Source: a virus | IMG/VR virus record: IMGVR_UViG_3300020733_000013 | Location: 1-64,000 of that record | DNA: 64,000 nucleotides | Strand: one strand, 5' to 3' | Part shown: one piece after another, positions 49,124 through 58,731 of the stretch | Position numbering within the stretch: position 1 is the stretch's first letter | How the letters are laid out: each line of letters begins with the position of its first letter | Position numbers and translations under genes: made by a program | Notes under the pieces: generated by a model | What the model saw: only the letters and a program-made list of their open reading frames with translations | Database searches by the model: none | Told to the model about the DNA's origin: nothing

Positions 49124-49951
49124 ATGAGTGACTATTATCAAACCCTCGGGGTAGCAAAAAACGCTACCCCTGAAGACATTAAAAAAGCATATCGCAGAAT
49201 GGCTGGCATTCACCATCCAGACAAGGGTGGTGATACTGCACAGTTTCAAAAGATTCAAGAGGCATACGAAACCCTCTCTGATCCACAAAAACGTCAACAA
49301 TACGATAATCCAAATCCATTTGGTCATGGTCAAATGCCTGGTGGATTCCCCGGTGGAATGCATGGCTTTCCCGGTGGATTCAGTTTCCAAATGGGTGGAT
49401 TTGGTATGGACGACATTTTTGGACAAATGTTTGGTCATCCAGGACAACGCGGTAGACCACAACAACCTAGCTATCGTACTATAGTTTGGTTAACACTTGA
49501 ACAAGCATACAATGGCGAAGAGCAAATGTTAAACTTCCAAACACCTGGATTAGGTCAACAAACGGTTAAACTGTCAGTGCCCAAAGGCATAGATGATGGA
49601 GCAACACTGCGTTATGATAACCTAATCAAAGACAGTATCTTAATCGCTGAATTTAGAATTCAACCACATGCTAAGTTCCAACGTGATGGTATGAATCTAC
49701 ATTCGGTACATGATATCAGTGTACTAGATTTGATTGTGGGTACAACCATTAAGTTTAAAACTATTTCGGGTAAAGAACTTGATGTTACAGTAAAACCAGT
49801 AACACAACCCGGTAGTTCACTACGCATTGCCGGCGAAGGTATGATAAATGACAGGGGAGCAGGTGACCAATTTATATTGTTGAAACCATTTATTCCTGAT
49901 AGAATTGACTCTCGTATAACTGATAGCATTTTGCAATCAAAACAAAAGTAA
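49124..49951 (+). CDS. dnaJ: DnaJ/CbpA-like co-chaperone (class B, no Zn finger)
   Basis: DYYQTLGV, HPD, G/F-rich linker, C-terminal domain. Confidence 0.93.
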   Translation: MSDYYQTLGVAKNATPEDIKKAYRRMAGIHHPDKGGDTAQFQKIQEAYETLSDPQKRQQYDNPNPFGHGQMPGGFPGGMHGFPGGFSFQMGGFGMDDIFGQMFGHPGQRGRPQQPSYRTIVWLTLEQAYNGEEQMLNFQTPGLGQQTVKLSVPKGIDDGATLRYDNLIKDSILIAEFRIQPHAKFQRDGMNLHSVHDISVLDLIVGTTIKFKTISGKELDVTVKPVTQPGSSLRIAGEGMINDRGAGDQFILLKPFIPDRIDSRITDSILQSKQK

Positions 49952-49973
49952 ATACCATTTTAAGGAAGCACTA

Positions 49974-52244
49974 ATGCACCCAGAAATCGAAGCCATCATT
50001 GAACATGCAATTGAATTGGCTAAGTCAAAAAGCCATCAATATTGTACAGTAGAGCACTTGTTACTAAGCCTAGTATCACATGCTCCCTTTAAGAAAGTGT
50101 TAGACTCTTATGGAGTTGACACTGAAATGATGACTAAGGAAATTGACGTATACTTAAATGGGTTACAAGCAATTACAGTAACACTAGGTCCCGGACAAGA
50201 GATTCAACCACGTAAAACAAATAGTTTGGAACGTGTTACAAACCGTGCAGTAGCACAAACATTGTTCTTGGGTCGTAAACAAGTTACAACTATTGACCTT
50301 TACTTGAGCATTTCAAGCGAAGCAAATAGTCATGCACATTATTTCTTGTTGAAATATGGCATTGAGAAAAGTCAATTTGTACCTTACTGGCAAAAGAATT
50401 ACAAGAACGAAGGTGCTCTTGTACGATTAAGCAACGAACAAGCAGACGAAATCTTAGAAGAATACACAACAAACTTGACTGATTTGGCTCGTCAGCATAA
50501 ACTAGAACCAATGATCGGTCGTAGCCAAGAAGTTGATGACATTGTAAACGTATTGGCTAAACGTTTCAAAAGCAACGTGTTACTAGTTGGTGATCCAGGT
50601 GTAGGTAAAACTGCTATTGTCGAAGGTATGGCTCAAATGATTGCAGAAGGTAACGTGCCTGAGTTCTTAGTTGGTCACGAAGTTTACAGCTTGGAAATCG
50701 GTAGCTTACTTGCTGGTAGTAAATATCGCGGTGACTTTGAAGAAAAGGTCAAAGCAGTCATTGAAGCACTTAACACCAAGAAACAAACTATCTTGTTTAT
50801 TGACGAAGCACATACAATGCAAGGTGCAGGTTCAAGTTCTCAAAGTGGTCCAGACTTTGCAAACATGATTAAGCCTGCAATTACAAAAGGTACATTGAAA
50901 GTTATTGCAAGTACTACTTGGGAAGAGTACTATGAGAGTTTTGAGAAGGATCGTGCATTAATGCGTAGATTCTATCGTGTCTCAGTAGATGAACCAAATC
51001 GTGATTCAACAGTTCGCATTTTAAGTGGCTTAAGTGGTCGTTTGGATGACTTCCATAGTGTTAAGATCACACCCGAAGCGGTTGAAGCAGCAGTTGACAG
51101 TGCTACACGTTACATGCATGACCGTAAAAATCCTGATAAATCTATTGACTTATTAGATGCAGCTTGTGCTAAACAACGTGTATTAGGTAACAAAGACGCA
51201 CAAATCACTAAAGAATTGATTTACGAGCAAGTTGAACGTATCTCTGGAGTACCAGCAGATAAACTCAGTAACGACAACAACGAACGTATCACAAACCTTG
51301 AGTCTAATATCAAAGACAAATTGTACGGTCAAGAGGAATCAGTTAGTAAAGTACTTGACCGTATATATGTCTCGTTTGCAGGTATCGGTAGTCAAACTAA
51401 ACCACTTGCAAGTTTCTTATTCTTGGGCCCAACTGGTACAGGTAAGACTGAACTGGCTAAGCAATTGAGCAAGAACTTAGATATGCCATTACTCAAATAT
51501 GATATGAGCGAGTATTCAGAGAAGTTCAATGTTAGTTCATTGCTTGGTGCGCCTCCTGGATATGTTGGTTATGGTGAAAGTAGCTTAGGTGGTGGTAAAC
51601 TTATCAATGACTTGAGTAAGAATCCACATGCTATTCTATTGTTTGATGAAGTTGAAAAAGCTCACCCAGATATCTTTAACATTTTCTTGCAATTACTTGA
51701 CGAAGGTCGTGTAACAGGAACTAATGGTAAAGAAGTCAATGCTAAAAACTGTATAATTATCATGACCAGTAACTTGGGTAGTAGTGACAGCGAACGTGCA
51801 GTAATTGGTTTTGGTAGTACTGAACGTACGGGTGATGATGAAAAAGCATTGAAGGACTTCTTCAAGCCTGAATTCAGAAACCGTATTGACTTGATTACTA
51901 AGTTCAACAAACTTGACAATCTTGCAATTAAGAAAGTGGTTATCAAGTTTACTGACGAGTTAAAGAAAGCATTGAAGGATACACAAGATATCGTGTTGAC
52001 TTTAACAGAACCAGTAGTTGATTACTTAGCAGAACAGGGCTACGATAGTAAGATGGGCGCACGTCCTCTTGCACGTAAAATTGATGAACTAATTCGTGTT
52101 CCATTGAGTAAGAAGATTCTTTTTGAACGTATTAGAAGTGCAAATATTACTGTAGTGATGAATGACGGTAAAGTTGATTTTGAAGTACATCAAAAAATGA
52201 TTGCAGAAGTAGGCGAAGATGGCATTATTAAAATCAGCAACTAA
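49974..52244 (+). CDS. clpA: ClpA-like AAA+ unfoldase
   Basis: Clp N domain, two Walker A motifs (GVGKT, GTGKT), PPGYVG, IGF ClpP-docking loop, no ClpB middle domain. Confidence 0.9.
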   Translation: MHPEIEAIIEHAIELAKSKSHQYCTVEHLLLSLVSHAPFKKVLDSYGVDTEMMTKEIDVYLNGLQAITVTLGPGQEIQPRKTNSLERVTNRAVAQTLFLGRKQVTTIDLYLSISSEANSHAHYFLLKYGIEKSQFVPYWQKNYKNEGALVRLSNEQADEILEEYTTNLTDLARQHKLEPMIGRSQEVDDIVNVLAKRFKSNVLLVGDPGVGKTAIVEGMAQMIAEGNVPEFLVGHEVYSLEIGSLLAGSKYRGDFEEKVKAVIEALNTKKQTILFIDEAHTMQGAGSSSQSGPDFANMIKPAITKGTLKVIASTTWEEYYESFEKDRALMRRFYRVSVDEPNRDSTVRILSGLSGRLDDFHSVKITPEAVEAAVDSATRYMHDRKNPDKSIDLLDAACAKQRVLGNKDAQITKELIYEQVERISGVPADKLSNDNNERITNLESNIKDKLYGQEESVSKVLDRIYVSFAGIGSQTKPLASFLFLGPTGTGKTELAKQLSKNLDMPLLKYDMSEYSEKFNVSSLLGAPPGYVGYGESSLGGGKLINDLSKNPHAILLFDEVEKAHPDIFNIFLQLLDEGRVTGTNGKEVNAKNCIIIMTSNLGSSDSERAVIGFGSTERTGDDEKALKDFFKPEFRNRIDLITKFNKLDNLAIKKVVIKFTDELKKALKDTQDIVLTLTEPVVDYLAEQGYDSKMGARPLARKIDELIRVPLSKKILFERIRSANITVVMNDGKVDFEVHQKMIAEVGEDGIIKISN

Positions 52245-52938
52245 TTCACCGGGTGTTGACCTGCAAGAGTATCGTGACGAGTTGTACTATAGTCAATATC
52301 AGTACCGTTGCAGGATCACAATACCTCACTTTCGTAGAGCACAATACTATTCACCAGATGAATTTGAACAAATGGTATTAGGCAATAGTAAAAAATTCAT
52401 TAGGTTAAAACAGGATGAAAGAGATACTCTTGCTCAACACTTACCTAGCATCAAAAAAGTATTGCAGTATAGAATTGACAGTAAAAAGAACAAGTCTAGC
52501 AAAGTTCGCGGTGAATATGATACTATCTCTGTATTCAGCAATGACCTACAATCACTACATGATAATTTTGATAACCTAACAGATGCGTGTGTTGACTTCA
52601 CTGAGGTTATCACTACCGGGTATTCGGGGGTCAAAACTTTTGCAAATGAACCTAAACACAAGTATAGAATTTATTTCAAAAGCAAACGAATCCCAGAAGA
52701 CTTCAAAGATGGATTGAAGAAAATCTTAACTACTAACACACAATTGAGACCAAGTCCTGCTCTTAAAATGTGGTTAGATCAGAAAGAAGATAGTCAATGG
52801 TACTGGAATTTCCGTTACATGTCTAGCAGTTACTTTATTGACTATAATGACGAGAGTTATCTTAGCTATTTGGCACTAATGTATGACGGTATGCTGGGTA
52901 GAAAGTACAAATTGGAAAAGCGAGCCGATATCGTCTGA
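52219..52938 (+). CDS. Hypothetical protein
   Basis: 239-aa ORF. Confidence 0.7.
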   Translation: MALLKSATNSPGVDLQEYRDELYYSQYQYRCRITIPHFRRAQYYSPDEFEQMVLGNSKKFIRLKQDERDTLAQHLPSIKKVLQYRIDSKKNKSSKVRGEYDTISVFSNDLQSLHDNFDNLTDACVDFTEVITTGYSGVKTFANEPKHKYRIYFKSKRIPEDFKDGLKKILTTNTQLRPSPALKMWLDQKEDSQWYWNFRYMSSSYFIDYNDESYLSYLALMYDGMLGRKYKLEKRADIV

Positions 52939-52972
52939 GCATGATAAATACTCTATTAATGGAGTATTTACC

Positions 52973-53134
52973 ATGGCAAAGATTATTGAGAACGTACTAG
53001 TTGTTAAAGTCAGCAAACTAGTAAAAGAGGGAGCGGATGAGAATCTGATTCCACAAGACACCCAACAAGCATTAGAACAAGTCGCCCAAGAATTATTGGG
53101 TGATTCCGTCATTGTAGAAGTGGAACGAGCATAA
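52973..53134 (+). CDS. Small late protein
   Basis: Late promoter and GGAG RBS. Confidence 0.7.
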   Translation: MAKIIENVLVVKVSKLVKEGADENLIPQDTQQALEQVAQELLGDSVIVEVERA

Positions 53135-53472
53135 TGGCACAAAGTTCAGCATATCAATTGTTGCCACAAACAGCATACAAACAAGTTTCACAAGTGATTG
53201 GTGATAAAGTTCCTGCCGCCGCATATTATATCAAGCAAAACAATATGCAGACATTCACATGGAATCTTACAACATTTACCGGTCTATTACAAATTCAAGC
53301 AACACTAGCAGATAATCCAGGCAATGGTGACTGGTTCACTATCTATAACCTATCAGGTAATCAATTAACTCAAACTAGCTTTACTAATATATCTGGTAAC
53401 TTTGTTTGGGTTCGTGCTGTAATCAATAACTTTGGTTTTGGTGTTGTTCAAAGTGTTAAGGTTAGCTATTAA
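53134..53472 (+). CDS. Small beta-rich structural protein
   Basis: FTGLLQIQATL..DWF..GNFVWVRA; resembles the C-terminal domain of 4186-4956. Confidence 0.6.
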   Translation: MAQSSAYQLLPQTAYKQVSQVIGDKVPAAAYYIKQNNMQTFTWNLTTFTGLLQIQATLADNPGNGDWFTIYNLSGNQLTQTSFTNISGNFVWVRAVINNFGFGVVQSVKVSY

Positions 53473-56400
53473 TGAAAATTGCCGCACTATTAGAAAGTAA
53501 ACAACCATTGATGGAAGGTGGTAATTTAAGTGTGGGCAAACATGAAGCAGAACACTTAGATTTGAAAGTTACAAAACGTAGCTACATGGTTCCCAAACTC
53601 AATGAACTATTAAACGCAATCAATAAAGCATTCAATGTAAAACACAAGGCTCCATTATGGAGTAGTGAATTATTGTCAAGCGGTAAGTTTTTGAGTGGTA
53701 GTAGTTTACATTTCTTTGATGTTGCGGGTATCAGTGATGATACATTCTTTGCTAAGAAGCCAACTGTAGGTGATATTGATACCATGGTTGACAAACGTTT
53801 GGAATTCATTTTACAAGAATTCTTAACAAGTGCAACAAATAAACAAATTGGTCCTGCAAAATTGCTAGGATTTCAAAAAGGTAACGAACAATATTCTGCA
53901 TTGTTTGAGTTACAAGACCCACCCGTAAAAGTACAAATTGACTTTGAATTTGTTTCTTTTGAGAATGGAATGCCTAGCGACTGGGCAAGATTTAGTCATA
54001 GCAGTTCATGGGATGATATCCAACAAGGTGTTAAGGGTGTATTTCATAAGTGGTTGATTCAATCATTGACTACACTAACCAACAAGCAATTCCTGTTACG
54101 TAAAATGATCGGTCGTGGTGCAATGCGTAAAGAAGAGGACATCCCTACAACAGACAACATGTATAGTTTTGCCGTGTCTAGTAAAGAAGGTGGCGGATTA
54201 CGTGCTAAGTACGAACCAGTATTAAATCCTAACACAAACAAACCATTAGTGATTAAGGGTTTGCCTGTAATGAAAGCAGCACCTGCAGCTGGATACGAAC
54301 AAAACATTGGTAAGATTTTTTCAACTATACTAGGCAAACGTCTTGACCCTAAACAAATGCAAGCTATCTCTAATAACTTCTGGTCATTCACTGGGTTAGT
54401 ACAGTTGATGGGTAAGATATTATCACCAGAAGATAAACAAACAGTATTGCTCGGTTTCTTAAACAAAACAATCGGTAAAGGTAGTCAAGGTCTTTACAAG
54501 AACAATCCAGAAAAAGATATCAGTGAAAAAACAACAGCAATCAATTATCTAGTTAAAACATTAGGACTACAATTGCCACCTGAGTTCAATCAAATGATGG
54601 CTGACTATAGAAAAAACTATAAGATGACTGAACTATCAGAAGCAGGTCCTAACTATAAGCGTCAAGGTATCCCACACATTTACAAGCCTGGCTCAACAGT
54701 TGAATTGAAAGATAATGAGTTCATTGAGTTATGTAAAGAAATCATGGCTGATGGTGGTAAACTTGAAGGTGTACCAATCAACTTGAAAGTTGATGGTGCA
54801 GGCATCAGATTTGGTAAAGACCAAAATGGTCGTCCATTCTTTATGACAAGTAAAGTTACAGAACCTAAATACATTGAGAATTTTGGTGACTTTGAAAAGT
54901 ATGGTCGTAGTGTTGGACAAGACGAAGAACGATTGAACTTTACTAAGCAATATGACAATGCATTAAAGACAATATTGACTGCTCCATTTATGAAAGTTAT
55001 CCCTAGTGATACTATCGTACAAGCAGAAATGATGTATACTCCAATGGCTCAACAAGAGAATGGCGGCTTGAAGTTTGTTAACATCCCTTATGATCCTAAA
55101 AAGTTGGGTAAAGAGATGACTCTTGTACCATTCATGTTCAAACAGTTTAGCACTGGACAAGTTCGTCCTGACAGTCAAAAGATTAAAGAAGCACTATTAA
55201 AAACAAGCAATAGTAAAATTAAAATGGTTAACAACAACTTGCAACATAAAGGTATTGATGTTGCTAAGATTGTTAGTCCTATTGTTAAAAACGCAGATAC
55301 ATTAAGTGCTGCGGTTGCTACTCGTGGAACAAATCCTACAAAAGAAAAAGCAAAAGCTATCTTGTCTCAAGCTAGACAACAACTAAGCAATGCTATTATC
55401 AATGGACCTATTCCAGGTAAAGATCAATTGGGTGACATGATTGAAGGTCTTGTTATCAATATGCCTAGTGGTTTACTAGCTAAAGTAACAAGCACAGACA
55501 TGGCAAACAAGATGGCTACTAAAATGGCTGCTCGTCAACCAGTCAAAGGTAATCAACGCCCTGCTGTAGTTGCTGTGGGCAGTGCGATTGGGCATGTAGG
55601 ACATCAACAATTATTCAACCATGCAATCGCTCTAGCAAAACAAGTTGGTGGTCAACCTTACATGTTTATAGGACCTGCAGAAGGTAAAGATGATCCTATT
55701 CCACCAAGTGTTAAAGTTGAAACATGGCATAAGTTATACCCACAACTAGCGAGTAACATATCAACTGTTAGTCATGAGGGCGGTACATTACTACAGAAAA
55801 TCAAACATGAGTTGATTAATCCTCAACCAGGTAAACCACCAAGATATGATACAATTTATATTGTTGTTGGTAGTGATAGACATGACATGGCTGAAAGTTG
55901 GAGCAAATCTCTAATGAAAGCAGTTAACAAGTTCCCTGGATATGAAGGTGTTAAAGTTGTTCCACATGTAACGTCACGTGATAAGAATGAAGGTGGTACA
56001 GGTATAAGCGGAACATTACTACGTAGTGTTTTATCAGACAAAACAAAAACTCCAGAACAGCAATTTGAAGTTTGGAATCATGCTTACAATAGTGGTAACT
56101 ATGGTGCTCAGAAACTACCGGCAGAGTGGATTCAGCACTTAATGAATATTGCTCGTAAGGGTATGGGAATGCAAACTATGAATGAGTCAAGAATCTTTAA
56201 TCCAAAGTCATTAGTTAATGTATATTATGTTTCCCCTAATGGCAATCGTCATAAGTTAGCAAAAAGCATTCCGTATGATTTAGTTGAGAAACTATTACAT
56301 GCATTGAAAGTTAAAAAGAACATTGACATTCACATGGATGATGTTGAAGTTCGTCCTGCTGATCCCTCACAATATACAGTGAGCACCAGTCAGTTTGATG

Positions 56401-57623
56401 AAGGTTCAGAAGAAGCATTACAATATGCAACTAAAGCACATGCTGGGCAAACTCGTTCAGGTGGTGATCCATATATCAGTCACCCAGTTCGTGTAGCTAA
56501 TCATATCAAGCAATTTAAAAAATCACATAACCTAGATGCATTAATTAGTGCAGCATACTTACATGATACAATTGAAGATACTGACACAACACAAGAAATC
56601 TTACACGATTTGTTTGGCGGATTAGTTGCTAGTCTTGTAATGGAACTTACAAGCGATCCAGAACAAATTAAAAAGATAGGTAAGGCTCAATATCTAGCAC
56701 ACAAAATGGCTGCAATGAGTAGCTATGCACTAGTTATCAAACTTGCTGATAGATTAGATAATGTCAAAGATATCACTACTGCTAAGACTCCTGAATGGAG
56801 ACACAAATATGCAACTGAAACTAATCACATCTTAGATTACATTGAAAAGCATCGTGCTTTGTCAGGTACCCATACTAAATTGATTGATATGATTCGTGCT
56901 AAGTTGGCTGAGATTGACCAACCACAGCAAGATGTGGCGGAAGGCAAGAACATGCCAGACTTAGAACATGTTGGCGAAAGAGTAGTATCTGTTATGGATG
57001 CTGAACGCAGACTTGCCCATGGAGATAGAATATTTGCGTTCCACGAAATGGATGAAGAGCCGTTTGAGATTCACAATGTCGGTGAGTTGGCAGGATATGA
57101 TACTGAACAGTTATTGGCAGTACCACAAAGTGTAGCGGAAGAAGCAGACGAACAAAAAAGCTCAAATGTCTTTCAATCTATGGGTAGTCAATTAATTGCT
57201 ATGGGTAATGATGCTGATAAAATTAAAAGGCATGACCCATCAGTTATTGAAAAAGCAATTGATGCTAAATTAGAAAAAATCAATGATCCAAAACTTACAC
57301 ATGTTACGAAATCCTTTTTGAGTAAAGTTGTTAAGTTCAATAGAAGTAATCCAAAAACAATGGCAGCAATATTTGGATTTACCTTCTCTATTATTGCTAG
57401 AGTATCAATGCAATTTAGTCATAATATGGGACTTAGTCCAACACAAGCAACATTACTAATAGAAGCATTATTGCCTACATTGGGTAATTTCTTGGGTTAC
57501 ATTGTCAATGGGTTTAGTGTAAAAGACAGTGTACAAGCTGGATTGATTGCTGGAACAATTGGCGTCGGCGGCACCTTGGCTGCAAGCGGTGCATTGTCTG
57601 AAGATTATTTAGACGAAAAATAA
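53472..57623 (+). CDS. Multidomain polyprotein: Pol-beta NTase + ligase-like + HIGH nucleotidyltransferase + RelA/SpoT-type HD hydrolase + membrane domain
   Basis: GSS..GDID..QIDF; KVDG..EG; HVGH..VGSDR..ISGT.LR; AH.GQ.R..PYISHP..LHDTIEDT..KLADRLDN. Confidence 0.78.
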   Translation: MKIAALLESKQPLMEGGNLSVGKHEAEHLDLKVTKRSYMVPKLNELLNAINKAFNVKHKAPLWSSELLSSGKFLSGSSLHFFDVAGISDDTFFAKKPTVGDIDTMVDKRLEFILQEFLTSATNKQIGPAKLLGFQKGNEQYSALFELQDPPVKVQIDFEFVSFENGMPSDWARFSHSSSWDDIQQGVKGVFHKWLIQSLTTLTNKQFLLRKMIGRGAMRKEEDIPTTDNMYSFAVSSKEGGGLRAKYEPVLNPNTNKPLVIKGLPVMKAAPAAGYEQNIGKIFSTILGKRLDPKQMQAISNNFWSFTGLVQLMGKILSPEDKQTVLLGFLNKTIGKGSQGLYKNNPEKDISEKTTAINYLVKTLGLQLPPEFNQMMADYRKNYKMTELSEAGPNYKRQGIPHIYKPGSTVELKDNEFIELCKEIMADGGKLEGVPINLKVDGAGIRFGKDQNGRPFFMTSKVTEPKYIENFGDFEKYGRSVGQDEERLNFTKQYDNALKTILTAPFMKVIPSDTIVQAEMMYTPMAQQENGGLKFVNIPYDPKKLGKEMTLVPFMFKQFSTGQVRPDSQKIKEALLKTSNSKIKMVNNNLQHKGIDVAKIVSPIVKNADTLSAAVATRGTNPTKEKAKAILSQARQQLSNAIINGPIPGKDQLGDMIEGLVINMPSGLLAKVTSTDMANKMATKMAARQPVKGNQRPAVVAVGSAIGHVGHQQLFNHAIALAKQVGGQPYMFIGPAEGKDDPIPPSVKVETWHKLYPQLASNISTVSHEGGTLLQKIKHELINPQPGKPPRYDTIYIVVGSDRHDMAESWSKSLMKAVNKFPGYEGVKVVPHVTSRDKNEGGTGISGTLLRSVLSDKTKTPEQQFEVWNHAYNSGNYGAQKLPAEWIQHLMNIARKGMGMQTMNESRIFNPKSLVNVYYVSPNGNRHKLAKSIPYDLVEKLLHALKVKKNIDIHMDDVEVRPADPSQYTVSTSQFDEGSEEALQYATKAHAGQTRSGGDPYISHPVRVANHIKQFKKSHNLDALISAAYLHDTIEDTDTTQEILHDLFGGLVASLVMELTSDPEQIKKIGKAQYLAHKMAAMSSYALVIKLADRLDNVKDITTAKTPEWRHKYATETNHILDYIEKHRALSGTHTKLIDMIRAKLAEIDQPQQDVAEGKNMPDLEHVGERVVSVMDAERRLAHGDRIFAFHEMDEEPFEIHNVGELAGYDTEQLLAVPQSVAEEADEQKSSNVFQSMGSQLIAMGNDADKIKRHDPSVIEKAIDAKLEKINDPKLTHVTKSFLSKVVKFNRSNPKTMAAIFGFTFSIIARVSMQFSHNMGLSPTQATLLIEALLPTLGNFLGYIVNGFSVKDSVQAGLIAGTIGVGGTLAASGALSEDYLDEK

Positions 57624-57673
57624 TTTGACCCCCTCTTTATTGTGTAAATATCTTTATCTTTAAAGAGGACCTT

Positions 57674-58651
57674 ATGGCAACAAAGAAAACAACTACAACT
57701 GCTACACCAGCAGTTAAGACAACTAAAGCTCCTGCAAAAGCTAAAGCAGAAGCAAAAACAGTACCAGTCGAAAAGGTACAAGAAATTGCTGAACAAGCAC
57801 AACAAGAACAAAAACCCGCAGATGGTCAAGTTCAAGTTAACGTAGATTTTCTACGCACAACTAAAGTACATATTGCTATGCCATGTTATGGTGGTATGTT
57901 GACTGAATCTACATTCATGTCATTCATCAAGTGGGCAAATACTGCTCGTCAATTGGGTATTGATTGGACATTAGAAACAATGGTCAATGAGTCACTTATC
58001 AGTCGTGCTCGTAACACACTAACAGCAAAGTTCTTAGAACAAGAAGGTGCAACACACTTGTTCTTTGTTGATGCAGATATTGGTTGGGAACCATGGCATT
58101 TGTTAGTTCTATTGAACCGTGATGTTGATGTTATCGGTGGATTGTACCCAATGAAAACAATGCCAATCAAATGGGTTGTTAATGGATTTGAAGGTGCAGA
58201 AGAAGGTACAGATGGCTTACAAGAAGTAAGTAAAGCAGGTACAGGTTTCTTGTTGATGAAACGTCATGTATTTGAGAAAATGAACAGTCACCCAGCTGTT
58301 AAACCATACAAAAATGATATCGGTTTAGATCCAAAATATGACCAACACTTGAAAACATACTTTGACACAGCAGTTCGTCAAGGTCGTTACTACAGTGAAG
58401 ACTGGACATTCTGTGAAAACTGGCGTGATATTGGTGGTAAAGTTTGGGTTGACAAACGTGTATTATTGCGTCATAGTGGTTCATATGTATTCTGCATGGA
58501 AAATCAGAACTATTTGATGGATACAATTGGTCCTATGTATGTTCAACAACAGCAACAAGTAGCACAACAGCAACAAGCACCAGCAGTTGCTACCCCTGTG
58601 GCTACACAAAACAAAGCTCCTGTAAAGAAAGCAGCAACACGTAAGAAGTAA
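57674..58651 (+). CDS. GT-A fold glycosyltransferase with K/A/T-rich tails
   Basis: IAMPCYGG, SLISRARN, FVDAD, GTGFLL, SEDWTFC. Confidence 0.82.
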   Translation: MATKKTTTTATPAVKTTKAPAKAKAEAKTVPVEKVQEIAEQAQQEQKPADGQVQVNVDFLRTTKVHIAMPCYGGMLTESTFMSFIKWANTARQLGIDWTLETMVNESLISRARNTLTAKFLEQEGATHLFFVDADIGWEPWHLLVLLNRDVDVIGGLYPMKTMPIKWVVNGFEGAEEGTDGLQEVSKAGTGFLLMKRHVFEKMNSHPAVKPYKNDIGLDPKYDQHLKTYFDTAVRQGRYYSEDWTFCENWRDIGGKVWVDKRVLLRHSGSYVFCMENQNYLMDTIGPMYVQQQQQVAQQQQAPAVATPVATQNKAPVKKAATRKK

Positions 58652-58672
58652 AATCTTACAACTCCCCACTAC

Positions 58673-58699
58673 AAGGCTATCTATATGGTAGCCTTTTTT
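58673..58699 (+). terminator. Intrinsic terminator
   Basis: AAGGCTA...TAGCCTT followed by a T run. Confidence 0.75.
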
Positions 58700-58731
58700 C
58701 ATAAATACTCTATACAACCCGTAAACCAAAG

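Noticed and set aside
49124-52244. Host chromosomal DNA or a prophage boundary at dnaJ-clpA
   Set aside because: Composition and codon style match the flanks, the genes are interleaved with phage late genes, and no integrase or att site is visible.
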